Shown here one piece after another: positions 7,215 through 16,100 of a DNA stretch of 36,160 nucleotides; positions within the stretch are counted from its first letter, which is position 1, and every line of letters begins with the position of its first letter. The position numbers and the translations under genes are program-made. This stretch comes from Faecousia sp. (GTDB lineage: Bacteria > Bacillota > Clostridia > Oscillospirales > Oscillospiraceae). The notes beneath the pieces are model-generated. The model was not told the origin of the DNA. It saw only the letters and a list, made by a program, of their open reading frames with translations, and did no database searches. The stretch is from contig JAXEMQ010000169.1 of assembly GCA_034099845.1 (NCBI GenBank), forward strand, positions 1-36,160, in the 5' to 3' direction.

Positions 7215-7379
7215 ATGCTGACTTCCACTGGTCTGGCCGCTATCGTTACTGCTGATATGATGCAGGGTGTCCTGACTGAGATCACTGGCCTGCTGCCCGT
7301 TGTGATTCCTGTCATGGTCGGTTTTATCGGTCTGCGGAAGGGTATCAGTTTCCTTCAGGGTGTTCTGCACTCCGCCTGA
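7215..7379 (+). CDS. Inovirus major coat protein (pVIII-like, 54 aa), not in ORF track
   Basis: AAGGAGGT RBS; MLTSTGLAAIVTADMMQGVLTEITGLLPVVIPVMVGFIGLRKGISFLQGVLHSA (acidic amphipathic N-terminus, TM segment, basic C-terminal part); followed by a terminator as in Ff. Confidence 0.85.
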   Translation: MLTSTGLAAIVTADMMQGVLTEITGLLPVVIPVMVGFIGLRKGISFLQGVLHSA

Positions 7380-7386
7380 TGCCCCA

Positions 7387-7418
7387 TGCCCCGGCCTCAA
7401 GCCGGGGCACTTCTTTTA
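7387..7418 (+). terminator. Central terminator after the major coat gene
   Basis: TGCCCCGGC-CTCAA-GCCGGGGCA followed by CTTCTTTT. Confidence 0.8.
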
Positions 7419-7431
7419 AGAGGGTTTTCTT

Positions 7432-7545
7432 ATGTCTCCTGATAAAGACTTTTTTTATGCCATTTTGGCCTTTCTTTCTGCCTTCCTCGGCATTTCTGTA
7501 TTTTCTTTTTTCACCTATTGCGTTTTCTACAATATGCCTTTCTGA
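7432..7545 (+). CDS. Small hydrophobic protein (37 aa), pVII/pIX-like candidate, not in ORF track
   Basis: MSPDKDFFYAILAFLSAFLGISVFSFFTYCVFYNMPF; AAGAGGG RBS; fills the gap before pIII. Confidence 0.6.
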   Translation: MSPDKDFFYAILAFLSAFLGISVFSFFTYCVFYNMPF

Positions 7546-7562
7546 ACATTGGAGGTATTCAT

Positions 7563-9281
7563 GTGTCCAAATTTAAGCGTTTTCTCTGTGCTGCGTTAGC
7601 TGCACTCATTCTTTTCTATTCCCCTGGCTTTGCTCCAAAGGCCGAGGCTGATCCCTTTGGTGTTGCTGCTGGCGTTGTTTCTCTTGGTGCTGTTGCTGTT
7701 GTTGGTGCTGCTCTGACAAACCTTGGTCTCAAACAGGGTGCTGGTACTTCTGACTGGGATACAACTGTCTCTAATGTTGTTGATACCCTTAAATCTGCTG
7801 GTTCTGTAACTTCTGACGGTTTTATTAACGTTATGAAGATTATCTCTAATGGCCCGGATTCATCTTCTGCTGTAGCTGCCCTTTCTTCTTCGGTTGTTTC
7901 TTCTATTGCCAACTACCTTGTTGATTCCAAAACTGTCAAAGTCCCTTCTATTAAAGACTCAACTTCTACTCTAAAATTTAACTGCGCTTATGGTTGTGTA
8001 CAGAGAGTAAGTTCCTATACTGAGCCTGTCTATTGGTTTAATTTTTCTGCTACTCCTCCTAAATCAAGTAAACAAACAGATTATTGTATTTCGGTTCTTT
8101 ATAGCACTGCTCCTTTTGATGCTTCTAATAACATTACTGGTTCGGCTTATCGCACCTTCACTTTCGAATACAATGGATATTATATCTGGGTTTCGCATGA
8201 AGATAACCCCTATGAAGTATTTCAAAATATTCCTCGACTTAAGTATGTGGATCGTGATTATGTTAAATCCTATATTTGTAATTTTGTTTCTTCTCATGGT
8301 GCCTCTGGTTCTGCTACCTCATCCCTCGATCTTGATGTTTCTTCTGTTCCTGCGAACTTAAGGGATGTACCTGCTGCTTATCCAGAATGGTATAATACCG
8401 GTGTTGCTGATTCTGATACTGTTTATCTCCCTCTTGATATTCCTATTGCTATTGAACCTCTACCCACTACCCCTGAAGTTACTGAACCTGGTACTGAGGC
8501 TACTACTCCAGATGATGTACCTGTTGCAATTACCCCGGAATTTTTAGGCGGGCATTTTGATGGTCTCAAAGACCTTCTCAATGCACTTCTTAGCCACTGG
8601 CTTTCGTTTTTCGTCACTTGCAAAACTTTTTTTGACAGTATTCTTGATAGCCTTCCTGGCTTGTTTGACGCTGTTGTTCAGCGTATAGATTGGGCTATTC
8701 ATTATCTCACCGCCTGGTTATCTGAATTCTGGGCTGCCCTTATTCAAGCGGTTACTGTTTCCATTCCAGATTTTCTAAATAGTATTTACGAGGCCCTAGA
8801 AACTTTTTTTGGTGTAACTGTTCCTGCATGGATTACTGATGTAAAAGCCTGGGCTCTTTCTCTGCCCCGGACTATTACTGATGCCATCGCAGTTGCCCTC
8901 GCTGCTGCTTTTATCCCCGCTGCCGGTTATTGGGATGCAAAACTTGCTGCCTGTATGGCTGCTTTTCCTTTCTTCGATTCTATAATAACTACGGGCCGTT
9001 CCCTCGGTTCTTTCTTCTCTGGCCTTGGTTCAAAACCTCCGATTATATATATTGATCTTCAGAATTCAAATTCTTTTGTTCTTGGTGGCCGTCAGATTTT
9101 CATGGATTTGTCTTGGTATTCTCAATATAAACCCACTGTAGATACCATTCTTTCTGCATTCCTCTGGCTTATCGTTCTTTGGCGGCTTTTCCTTGCACTC
9201 CCCGGTATCCTGCGGGGTGCTGTTGGCCTTGCTGGAAATATGGAACGTGTATCCGAACATTTCCACCATGAGGAGGATTAG
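7563..9281 (+). CDS. pIII-like adsorption protein (~572 aa)
   Basis: GGAGG RBS with GTG start; signal peptide ending AEA|D; Pro/Thr/Glu linker; C-terminal TM helix; position between coat and pVI. Confidence 0.8.
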   Translation: MSKFKRFLCAALAALILFYSPGFAPKAEADPFGVAAGVVSLGAVAVVGAALTNLGLKQGAGTSDWDTTVSNVVDTLKSAGSVTSDGFINVMKIISNGPDSSSAVAALSSSVVSSIANYLVDSKTVKVPSIKDSTSTLKFNCAYGCVQRVSSYTEPVYWFNFSATPPKSSKQTDYCISVLYSTAPFDASNNITGSAYRTFTFEYNGYYIWVSHEDNPYEVFQNIPRLKYVDRDYVKSYICNFVSSHGASGSATSSLDLDVSSVPANLRDVPAAYPEWYNTGVADSDTVYLPLDIPIAIEPLPTTPEVTEPGTEATTPDDVPVAITPEFLGGHFDGLKDLLNALLSHWLSFFVTCKTFFDSILDSLPGLFDAVVQRIDWAIHYLTAWLSEFWAALIQAVTVSIPDFLNSIYEALETFFGVTVPAWITDVKAWALSLPRTITDAIAVALAAAFIPAAGYWDAKLAACMAAFPFFDSIITTGRSLGSFFSGLGSKPPIIYIDLQNSNSFVLGGRQIFMDLSWYSQYKPTVDTILSAFLWLIVLWRLFLALPGILRGAVGLAGNMERVSEHFHHEED

Positions 9282-9282
9282 G

Positions 9283-9531
9283 ATGATTACTGAGAGACTG
9301 ATTGATATTTTATTTGGTGTTACCTCCGGTCTATTTTCTCTCCTTCCTCCAATTTCTTGGGATGTGAATACTGCCGCATTCGAATATTTGCGTGATGCCC
9401 TTGAGATGATTTGTTATATCATTCCTCTTGGTACTGTAAAAGGCATTGTTGCCCTTCTGGTTTCTGTAGCTGTATTCCGTGCCTTTGCTTCTCTTTTCTG
9501 GGTTATTCGGGACTTGCTCCCTTTTGTCTAA
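9283..9531 (+). CDS. pVI-like minor coat membrane protein (82 aa)
   Basis: AGGAGG RBS; hydrophobic, ends IRDLLPFV; lies between pIII and pI. Confidence 0.75.
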   Translation: MITERLIDILFGVTSGLFSLLPPISWDVNTAAFEYLRDALEMICYIIPLGTVKGIVALLVSVAVFRAFASLFWVIRDLLPFV

Positions 9532-9540
9532 GGAGGCTTT

Positions 9541-10410
9541 ATGTTAAAATCTGGACTTTTAATTGTTGGTGCGGTCTTCAAATTCCTTTCCTTTCTGTTT
9601 ATCCCGGTCGGCGTCCTTATCGTCATCTTTGCGCTCCTTTGTCTTTCTTGGTTCCTTGTTTTCAAGTATTATTTCAAGATGGACATTCAGCCTTCTGGCG
9701 TTGTTCGGGTGAAAAAGCGGCCTCTGTATAAACAGATTTTTTATGACGTTCCCAGACGGTATATCCTGGATATGGTGCAGCGTGAGCCTGGCTATTTCCA
9801 GCCTCGGGGTATTCATATGTTTTGCGGTGAGCAAGGTGCAGGTAAAACGATTGCTTGTGTTGAATTGATGTTAAGACTTCAAAAAATGTATCCTGCCTCT
9901 AAGATGATCACAAATTTTGGGGTTACTACAGAAAATGATGAATTGACTGAATGGCAGCAGCTTCTTGAATACACGAATGGTCATAAAGGTGTTATTGTTG
10001 GCATTGATGAAATTCAAAACTGGTTCCAGTCTGGGCGTGTGCAGCTTCCGGAAGGTATGCTTGAAGTTGCTACACAAAATCGTAAAAATAACCGAATTCT
10101 TTGTTGTACTGCCCAGGTTTTCACCCGTGTCAATAAAGGTTTACGGGAACAGGTTACAATGCTCTATGAACCCCATACCTTCCTTGGTTGCTTTACCGTT
10201 GTTATAAAGCGTAAACCTGTCCTTGACAATGAAGGAAACGTTCTTGAGCGTAAATACCGTGGTATGTATTGTTTTGTCCATTCGGAAGAACTCCGGGCCG
10301 CTTATGATACTTACAAGGTTATTCATACTCTTGCAAAAGAGGGTTTCAAGGACGCTCCTAATTCAACTGTGACCAATGTATACGTTGCCGCTCCCAGCCG
10401 GAAGCGGTAG
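9541..10410 (+). CDS. pI/Zot-like morphogenesis ATPase with N-terminal TM segment
   Basis: Walker A GEQGAGKT, Walker B IVGIDEIQ, TQNRK and TAQ motifs; hydrophobic N-terminus. Confidence 0.92.
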   Translation: MLKSGLLIVGAVFKFLSFLFIPVGVLIVIFALLCLSWFLVFKYYFKMDIQPSGVVRVKKRPLYKQIFYDVPRRYILDMVQREPGYFQPRGIHMFCGEQGAGKTIACVELMLRLQKMYPASKMITNFGVTTENDELTEWQQLLEYTNGHKGVIVGIDEIQNWFQSGRVQLPEGMLEVATQNRKNNRILCCTAQVFTRVNKGLREQVTMLYEPHTFLGCFTVVIKRKPVLDNEGNVLERKYRGMYCFVHSEELRAAYDTYKVIHTLAKEGFKDAPNSTVTNVYVAAPSRKR

Positions 10411-10441
10411 CGAACCCGCCCGCTCCGGCTGGGAGCGGCAA
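10385..10441 (+). other. GC-rich hairpin after pI (packaging signal / sso / terminator candidate)
   Basis: Perfect 18-bp inverted repeat TTGCCGCTCCCAGCCGGA/TCCGGCTGGGAGCGGCAA; loop contains TAGCGA. Confidence 0.6.
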
Positions 10442-10520
10442 ACTATCATTTTAACTTGACTATGGTAGTCCGAAAAACCCTCTTTAACCATAATTTATAA
10501 AATTCTTTTCTCCTGGATTC

Positions 10521-10555
10521 AGAACGCAATAAAAATTTCTATTTTGTTGCGTTCG
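10521..10555. repeat. Second copy of the palindromic site (attR)
   Basis: AGAACGCAATAAAAATTTCTATTTTGTTGCGTTCG; rightmost 16 nt identical to 3269-3284. Confidence 0.75.
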
Positions 10556-10620
10556 ATGATCCAATCACCCGGCTCCCCTAGCAGTTCCATTTTATCCTTT
10601 CCTAGAATGTTCTTTTCTCA

Positions 10621-10649
10621 AAGATAGCCATTTTCCTGTCCTTTGTCAA
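10621..10649 (-). promoter_or_regulatory. SigA-type promoter, homologue of 3350-3378
   Basis: Minus strand TTGACA-17 bp-TATCTT. Confidence 0.7.
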
Positions 10650-10782
10650 CCTGATTTTATTGAAGTCTTAATGTACTGCGGCAAAATGAAACGCTCCCGC
10701 ATAGCCGGCACTTGGAATCGTATCGTCCACGGCGGGAGTATTTCTTCTTGATCCTGAAAACAGCATAGTTTGCTTTTTGGGT

Positions 10783-11214
10783 TTACTTCATATAGTCCGG
10801 GGGTTCCCAAAGACCTGTTTCCTGATTTAGCGTCCATCCGGTAGGATACCAGGTCTTTCCAACATCATCCGACATGTACCAATGCATCTGTTCTTTTTTC
10901 TGTATGTTTCTGGACTTGATTGCGTTGGGAGCCTTGGGCGGTGATGCATTCTCAAAACGTATCTCCTGTCTTCTTTGGGACCTTGTGAGCCAATCTTCGT
11001 TTTCTTCGTATCGCCTGTACTTGGGTTCATTCTTTTTCGAACCTGCATACCAGACCTTTTTAACTACCCATGTAACAAGTGCAGCCACGATTAGAATCCA
11101 TATGAATCCTGTTGCGATTGCCAGTCCAAGCAAAGCCGACAGGGTTTTTAATAAGGATGTGATTGCTTCCGTAAACACATCGTCCATCTGTTGAGTTGCC
11201 GTCAGAAACATCAT
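10783..11214 (-). CDS. Hypothetical membrane protein (~143 aa)
   Basis: Long hydrophobic segment; Trp-rich C-terminus WYPTGWTLNQETGLWEPP; AGAGAGGGG RBS. Confidence 0.65.
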   Translation of the reverse strand: MMFLTATQQMDDVFTEAITSLLKTLSALLGLAIATGFIWILIVAALVTWVVKKVWYAGSKKNEPKYRRYEENEDWLTRSQRRQEIRFENASPPKAPNAIKSRNIQKKEQMHWYMSDDVGKTWYPTGWTLNQETGLWEPPDYMK

Positions 11215-11227
11215 CCTGTCCCCTCTC

Positions 11228-12073
11228 TTAGATTTTAAGACAATCACTGTTAACACACGAAAGCGCTTCTCCCCGCTGGACCTGCCTGTATGCTTCCGGC
11301 AGAATGTCGGTCAGATTCTGAATCAGTGTATCCAGAATGGCTGGAACAGACTGGGGAGAGGCGAACAGGCTGGCAAACAGCGTGTTCATCGTTTCTTCAA
11401 AATCCCACGGAAGGATGTCCGCGTGCGCCTTCAGAAAGGCAGCCATCCGCTTTTCGCCCGGGTGTGTCATTCTGTTCAAGGCGAACAAAATGTCGAAGTA
11501 GGACTCTAAAAACGCTGCTGTACGGTGGTTCACGCTGACCAGGTCCCCCCGGCAGACCGCTTTTTCAATCTGAACATCATAAGACGGAAGATTTTTCGTT
11601 AAAAGTCTGAGGTTTTTGCGAATGATATTGGCGCGAAGCGGTTCCGGATATGGCACATCAAAGCGCTCCTGGGCAGACCGGAACGTGCCGTTCCGGTCAA
11701 AAAGCACCTTGCTGTGCAAAAGATTGTGCCACATACAGGTGGTGTAGCCGTTGCGGGCCCAATGCTCTTCCGCTACGGAGGCAACGTCCCGGATAAAATC
11801 CGAAAGATTGCGGTAGAGAATGTCAATCGGGATCCCGTTTCGCAGGACGCAGTCATCTTCCAGCTCCCAGAATTGATTTCCGAGTTCCATATAATTGCAG
11901 TATTCGGAAAGGATTTGACGCCTGACGGATTCCTGTGGTACCTCGGTGCAGTATATATACAGATCATAGTCTGATTTTTCGTCATACTGCTCCCCTGCCC
12001 GTGAACCGCCCAAAGCCAGGGCTTCTACCTGGGGTAGGCTCGCAAAAGCCTTGCACAGAGATTCAAAATACAT
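11228..12073 (-). CDS. Pol-beta-like nucleotidyltransferase (DUF4037-type)
   Basis: LGGSRAG..DEKSDYDLYIY motif; HPGEKR C-terminal motif. Confidence 0.85.
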   Translation of the reverse strand: MYFESLCKAFASLPQVEALALGGSRAGEQYDEKSDYDLYIYCTEVPQESVRRQILSEYCNYMELGNQFWELEDDCVLRNGIPIDILYRNLSDFIRDVASVAEEHWARNGYTTCMWHNLLHSKVLFDRNGTFRSAQERFDVPYPEPLRANIIRKNLRLLTKNLPSYDVQIEKAVCRGDLVSVNHRTAAFLESYFDILFALNRMTHPGEKRMAAFLKAHADILPWDFEETMNTLFASLFASPQSVPAILDTLIQNLTDILPEAYRQVQRGEALSCVNSDCLKI

Positions 12074-12202
12074 TTTGCCGCCTCCTTTTGTCCCATTATA
12101 ATTCTCTCAACGGCAATATGCAAGAGGAATGAAATTTCTCTTTACTTTAATTGAGTTTTTTTGTAAAATATAGGCATAGAAAAACCCTGAGGAGGTCTTA
12201 TC

Positions 12203-13174
12203 ATGGGTGTAAAAAGAATTGGCGTTCTGACCAGCGGCGGCGACGCTCCCGGCATGAATCCCTGTGTTCGGGCGGTTGTTCGCACCGCGCTTTATCATGG
12301 CCTGGAGTGCTACGGCATTCGCAGAGGCTGGAACGGCCTGATCAGCGGTGACATTGTGAAGCTGGACGAAAAGAGTGTGGCCCACACCATTAACCGGGGC
12401 GGCACCATCCTCTACACCGCCAGGAGCAAGGAGTTCATGACCGAGGAGGGCCAGCGCAAGGCGGTTTCCACCTGCAAATTCCTGGGTCTGGACAACATCA
12501 TTGCCATCGGCGGCGACGGCACCTTCCGGGGCGCCATGGCGCTGAGTAAGTACGGCATCAATGTGATTGGTATTCCTGGCACCATAGATAACGACATCAG
12601 CTGCACCAACTACTGTATTGGTTTTGATACGGCGGCCAATACGGCCATCGAGTGCATCGATAAGCTGCGGGATACCATGCAGTCCCACGAGCGTTGCTCC
12701 GTGGTAGAGGTTATGGGCCGCAATGCCGGATACCTGGCGATGTATGTGGGGCTTGCCTGCGGCGCCACCGCCGTTCTGGTTCCGGAGGAACCCATCGATT
12801 TTGAACGGGATGTGATTGAAAAAATCCGTCAGGCCCGGTTTAACGGGTTTACCCACTACATGATCGTTGTGGCAGAGGGCGCCGGTAAGGCCATCGACAT
12901 TGCCGCGAAAATCAAGGATGCCATTGATCTGGATCCCCGTGTGACCGTTCTTGGCCACATTCAGAGAGGCGGCTCCCCTTCCGGCCGGGACAGAGTGAAT
13001 GCCACCAAGATGGGCTATATGGCAGTTGAGCTGCTGCTGCAGGGAAAGACCAACCGGATTGTCTGCACCCGGGACGGCAGCTATACAGATGTAGACATCA
13101 GTGAGGGCCTGGCCATGCGCAAGAGCATCCAGCAGATGGAAGTGGATGTGCTGGCAGCCATGACCGGAATTTGA
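12203..13174 (+). CDS. pfkA: 6-phosphofructokinase
   Basis: TSGGDAPGMN, GGDGT, PGTIDND, EVMGR, LGHIQRGG. Confidence 0.97.
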   Translation: MGVKRIGVLTSGGDAPGMNPCVRAVVRTALYHGLECYGIRRGWNGLISGDIVKLDEKSVAHTINRGGTILYTARSKEFMTEEGQRKAVSTCKFLGLDNIIAIGGDGTFRGAMALSKYGINVIGIPGTIDNDISCTNYCIGFDTAANTAIECIDKLRDTMQSHERCSVVEVMGRNAGYLAMYVGLACGATAVLVPEEPIDFERDVIEKIRQARFNGFTHYMIVVAEGAGKAIDIAAKIKDAIDLDPRVTVLGHIQRGGSPSGRDRVNATKMGYMAVELLLQGKTNRIVCTRDGSYTDVDISEGLAMRKSIQQMEVDVLAAMTGI

Positions 13175-13184
13175 GCAGAAACGG

Positions 13185-13221
13185 AAAAGAAGCACCTGCA
13201 AACGGGCAGGTGCTTCTTTTT
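13185..13221. terminator. Bidirectional terminator between pfkA and xerD
   Basis: AAAAGAAGCACCTGC/GCAGGTGCTTCTTTT. Confidence 0.85.
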
Positions 13222-14107
13222 ATGCCTTGGGATGGCACTTTTGATATACATTTTTGATCTTCTGATTGATCAGGTGCGCATACATCTGCGTGGAAGAAAT
13301 ATCGCTGTGTCCCATAAGCTCCTGCAGAGAGCCCAAATCCGCACCGTTTTCCAGCAGATGCACCGCAAAGCTGTGGCGCAGAGTGTGGGGCGTAATCTCT
13401 TTTTCGATTCCTGCCTTCGCCTGATAGAATTTGAGAATTTTCCAAAAACCCTGACGGCTCATGCGGGTGCCGCCAATATTTACGAACAGCGCCTGCTCGG
13501 AAACATCGGAAATCATGGTAGAGCGCACATCCGTCAGGTACACGGAGAGCGCTTTCTGAGCGGCGGGATACAGCGGAATTACACGGGACTTCTTACCGCT
13601 GTGGCACTTGACAACGCCAAGCTCCAGGTTAACGTCCTCCACATTGAGGCTGATCAGCTCGGTTACCCGCATTCCGGTGGCATACATCACTTCCAGCATG
13701 GCCTTGTCCCGATAGCCTTTGGGGTCTACGCAGGAGGGCTGAGCCAGCAGAAGCTCTACCTCTTTTCCGGAAAGAATCTGCGGGAGCTTCTTTTCTCCCC
13801 GCTGGACATGAATGTCCGCCGAAACGGGAGAAACCTCCAGGAAGCCACTGGATACGGCATAGGCATAGAAGTTTTTCAGGCTTGCCAGGCAGCGGGAGAC
13901 AGTAGCGCCGGATTTGCCTTGTGCCTGCAAATCTGCCAGATAGTCCCGGATATTCACTTGTGTGGCATTGACAATGTCGGAACAACCACCCACGAGCATC
14001 CATTCGGAAAACTGCCGAATATCACGCATATACGACGAGATGGTATTATCCGATGCTTGCTTAACCTTTACGAGATAGTTCTCGTACGCTTGAATAATGT
14101 CCAGCAT
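13220..14107 (-). CDS. xerD: Tyrosine recombinase XerD/RipX
   Basis: RDKAMLEVMYATGMRVTEL, TPHTLRHSFAVHLLENGADL, HPKA end; downstream of a spoIIM-like gene as in Bacillus. Confidence 0.92.
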   Translation of the reverse strand: MLDIIQAYENYLVKVKQASDNTISSYMRDIRQFSEWMLVGGCSDIVNATQVNIRDYLADLQAQGKSGATVSRCLASLKNFYAYAVSSGFLEVSPVSADIHVQRGEKKLPQILSGKEVELLLAQPSCVDPKGYRDKAMLEVMYATGMRVTELISLNVEDVNLELGVVKCHSGKKSRVIPLYPAAQKALSVYLTDVRSTMISDVSEQALFVNIGGTRMSRQGFWKILKFYQAKAGIEKEITPHTLRHSFAVHLLENGADLGSLQELMGHSDISSTQMYAHLINQKIKNVYQKCHPKA

Positions 14108-14144
14108 GTACCGAAATACCCTATCCTTATAAATTTTGGCATTT

Positions 14145-14678
14145 TCAGGAGGCCAGGCCCCCAAAAGCACCATCTATCAGAAATGCCGAAACCGGCATAA
14201 CCATACAATAGCTGATAAAGCCCACTGCCGCGGCACAGCTGAGACACAGAAGCAGCACATAAACCGCGCGTTCCCAGGATCCGGACAGCAGCCGAAGCCA
14301 AAGAAAGAAAAGAATGGGAGTCATCAAAAGCTCCGCCAGCAGCAGAATCGGACAGAAGATCCAACCGGCCGGCCGGAAGACTCCATACAGCACACACCAA
14401 ACAAATGTCAATGCGGCGCCCCGCAAAAAAGCAATCCACAAAAGGATCTGCCAGGGAAAAACCAGAGCCAGAAGAAAGGAAACCAAAGGACCGAATGCAA
14501 GAGAAAACAGGGCTGAAAGCAGGCTTCCGGGATCCGGCACAAACACCTGAGGAAGCGGAACCTCCTGACACAGGCGGCCAACCGCATACCCAAAACACAG
14601 TCCGGCAATCCAGAAAAAATCCAGCCTGCAGCGCCGATAAAAGAACTCCCGGCAGAACGGGCTTTGCAAAGTCTTCAC
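14145..14678 (-). CDS. SpoIIM-like membrane protein (divergent)
   Basis: Multi-TM; FLRGAALTF segment; GAAGGAGG RBS; synteny upstream of xerD. Confidence 0.5.
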   Translation of the reverse strand: MKTLQSPFCREFFYRRCRLDFFWIAGLCFGYAVGRLCQEVPLPQVFVPDPGSLLSALFSLAFGPLVSFLLALVFPWQILLWIAFLRGAALTFVWCVLYGVFRPAGWIFCPILLLAELLMTPILFFLWLRLLSGSWERAVYVLLLCLSCAAAVGFISYCMVMPVSAFLIDGAFGGLAS

Positions 14679-15002
14679 GGCACCATCCTCCTTCGGGAGA
14701 AAAGGTGCAGGATACAGGCGGTTCCACTGCGTTCGAATACAGACATACTATACTCCGTTTTTTACAAAAATTCAAGTATTATTAGCCAAAATAGATTTTT
14801 TTGTAGATTCTGACAATTTTTATGTCAATTTTGTTATGTAAACAATGTTTATAATCGAACGAATGTTTTTACCATTATGCTGTTTTTGGGCATTTTATTG
14901 CCAGAAATGCCTGTTTTTGTGCCAAAAAGAATCATTGCACGAAAACGTGCAAAATTGAATTAGGGGTAAATATCTTTTACCCCTCCCCTTCTTTTGTGCA
15001 AT

Positions 15003-15431
15003 TTAACGAAAATGCTTTCCGATTTTCCGGTGTTTTCCCCCTGCTTCCTTTCGTGAAGAAAGGAGAAACGCAGTCCCGCTGCCACCGATTATCAGCATTG
15101 CCGTAGGGAAAATTCCCTCAAACTGCCCACCGAAAAACAGCGCCGTTAATGCCGTCAGACTGCCCAGTAATCCCACTGCCGACAGGACAAATACCAGAAG
15201 TCTGCGGCGCTTGATCCGTCTGTAGGAGGCTCCAAATGCCATGGCTCCGCCCAGGAACAGTATGACCATCACGCCATAGCCCAGGTTTTCCTGACGCACC
15301 ACCTCCCTGCTGACAAAGAATGCCAGAAGGGCGCCCAAACCTGCCGTCAGCAGCATTGCCCAGGCCGTTCCCCAGGCAATGCCGCCTGCCATTGTGGATG
15401 CCCTGCCCGTTGGTTTCTGATTGACCAGCAT
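15003..15431 (-). CDS. Four-TM membrane protein (TIGR04086/DUF3792-like)
   Basis: Four hydrophobic helices, central RRIKRRRL, basic tail; SigE-like AATAGACT upstream. Confidence 0.7.
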   Translation of the reverse strand: MLVNQKPTGRASTMAGGIAWGTAWAMLLTAGLGALLAFFVSREVVRQENLGYGVMVILFLGGAMAFGASYRRIKRRRLLVFVLSAVGLLGSLTALTALFFGGQFEGIFPTAMLIIGGSGTAFLLSSRKEAGGKHRKIGKHFR

Positions 15432-15560
15432 AACTCCTCTCCCCTTTCCTTTTCTGAGTCAGTCTATTCTTCGGAAAGGCAAAAAAGAAGCCGCCGGACC
15501 AAAAATGTCTGACGGCTCAATGGAAAAATCCCGGAAGGGGGTGAACCTTCCGGGAGAAAA

Positions 15561-16082
15561 TCACATCTCTACATCCACGTTGGGCGCAGCCTTGCGCTGG
15601 GGCTGCTGAGTTTGCTGCTGCTGTGCCTCTGTGACGGTGCGGAACCGCATACGGGTGTCCCGAACATCGCTGAGGGCCTGGGCGATGGTCTCTTCGGTCT
15701 GACGCAGGGCATCGTCCATGTAGTCGTTGCCGGCCTTCCGCAGCTGTAGAACGCGGTTCTGGGTCTGGGCAATCAGCTCTTCGCTGCGCTTTCTGGCTTC
15801 TTCGTAGATTGCTTCCTTGGTGACAAGGGCCTGGGCCTGCTCCTGAGCCTGACGGAGGATTCCCTCTGCCTCCCGGCGGGCCTGGTTGATCAGCTCGTTG
15901 CGGGATTCCACAATGGTGCGGGACTGCTTCAGTTCGCCGGGCATCTGGGCAATGACCTCGTCCAGCATATCCAGTACCCGATCCCGCTCCAGAATGCACT
16001 TGTCTGCCGCCAGGGGCATGGTGCGGGCATCCTGAACCATATCGTACAGGGAACCAATGATGTCTTCAATATTGGTGCTCAT
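15561..16082 (-). CDS. Conserved coiled-coil protein downstream of coaD (DivIVA / ATPase-subunit-like)
   Basis: Long helical EAEGILRQAQEQA repeats; typical clostridial rsmD-coaD synteny. Confidence 0.75.
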   Translation of the reverse strand: MSTNIEDIIGSLYDMVQDARTMPLAADKCILERDRVLDMLDEVIAQMPGELKQSRTIVESRNELINQARREAEGILRQAQEQAQALVTKEAIYEEARKRSEELIAQTQNRVLQLRKAGNDYMDDALRQTEETIAQALSDVRDTRMRFRTVTEAQQQQTQQPQRKAAPNVDVEM

Positions 16083-16100
16083 ATCGTAATCCTCCTAAGT

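Larger units (their letters stand above)
3251..10555 (+). mobile_element. Integrated filamentous phage (inovirus) prophage, ~7.27 kb, integrase-less
   Basis: Gene order ssb-rep-small coat-pIII-pVI-pI/Zot; nick-site hairpin; AT-rich with T-rich third codon positions relative to host; flanking direct repeats offset by 7270-7271 bp. Confidence 0.93.

Noticed and set aside
9541-10410. Zot as an enterotoxin
   Set aside because: Only the assembly ATPase domain is present; there is no C-terminal toxin extension
10597-10624. TTCCTAGAAT matches part of the B. subtilis dif left arm
   Set aside because: The other arm does not match TTATGTAAACT and the left-end copy (TTCTTGGAAT) is degenerate; kept only as an alternative crossover candidate
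14834-14843. TTATGTAAAC matches the B. subtilis dif XerD arm
   Set aside because: No plausible partner arm 6 bp upstream; the AT-rich context makes a chance match likely
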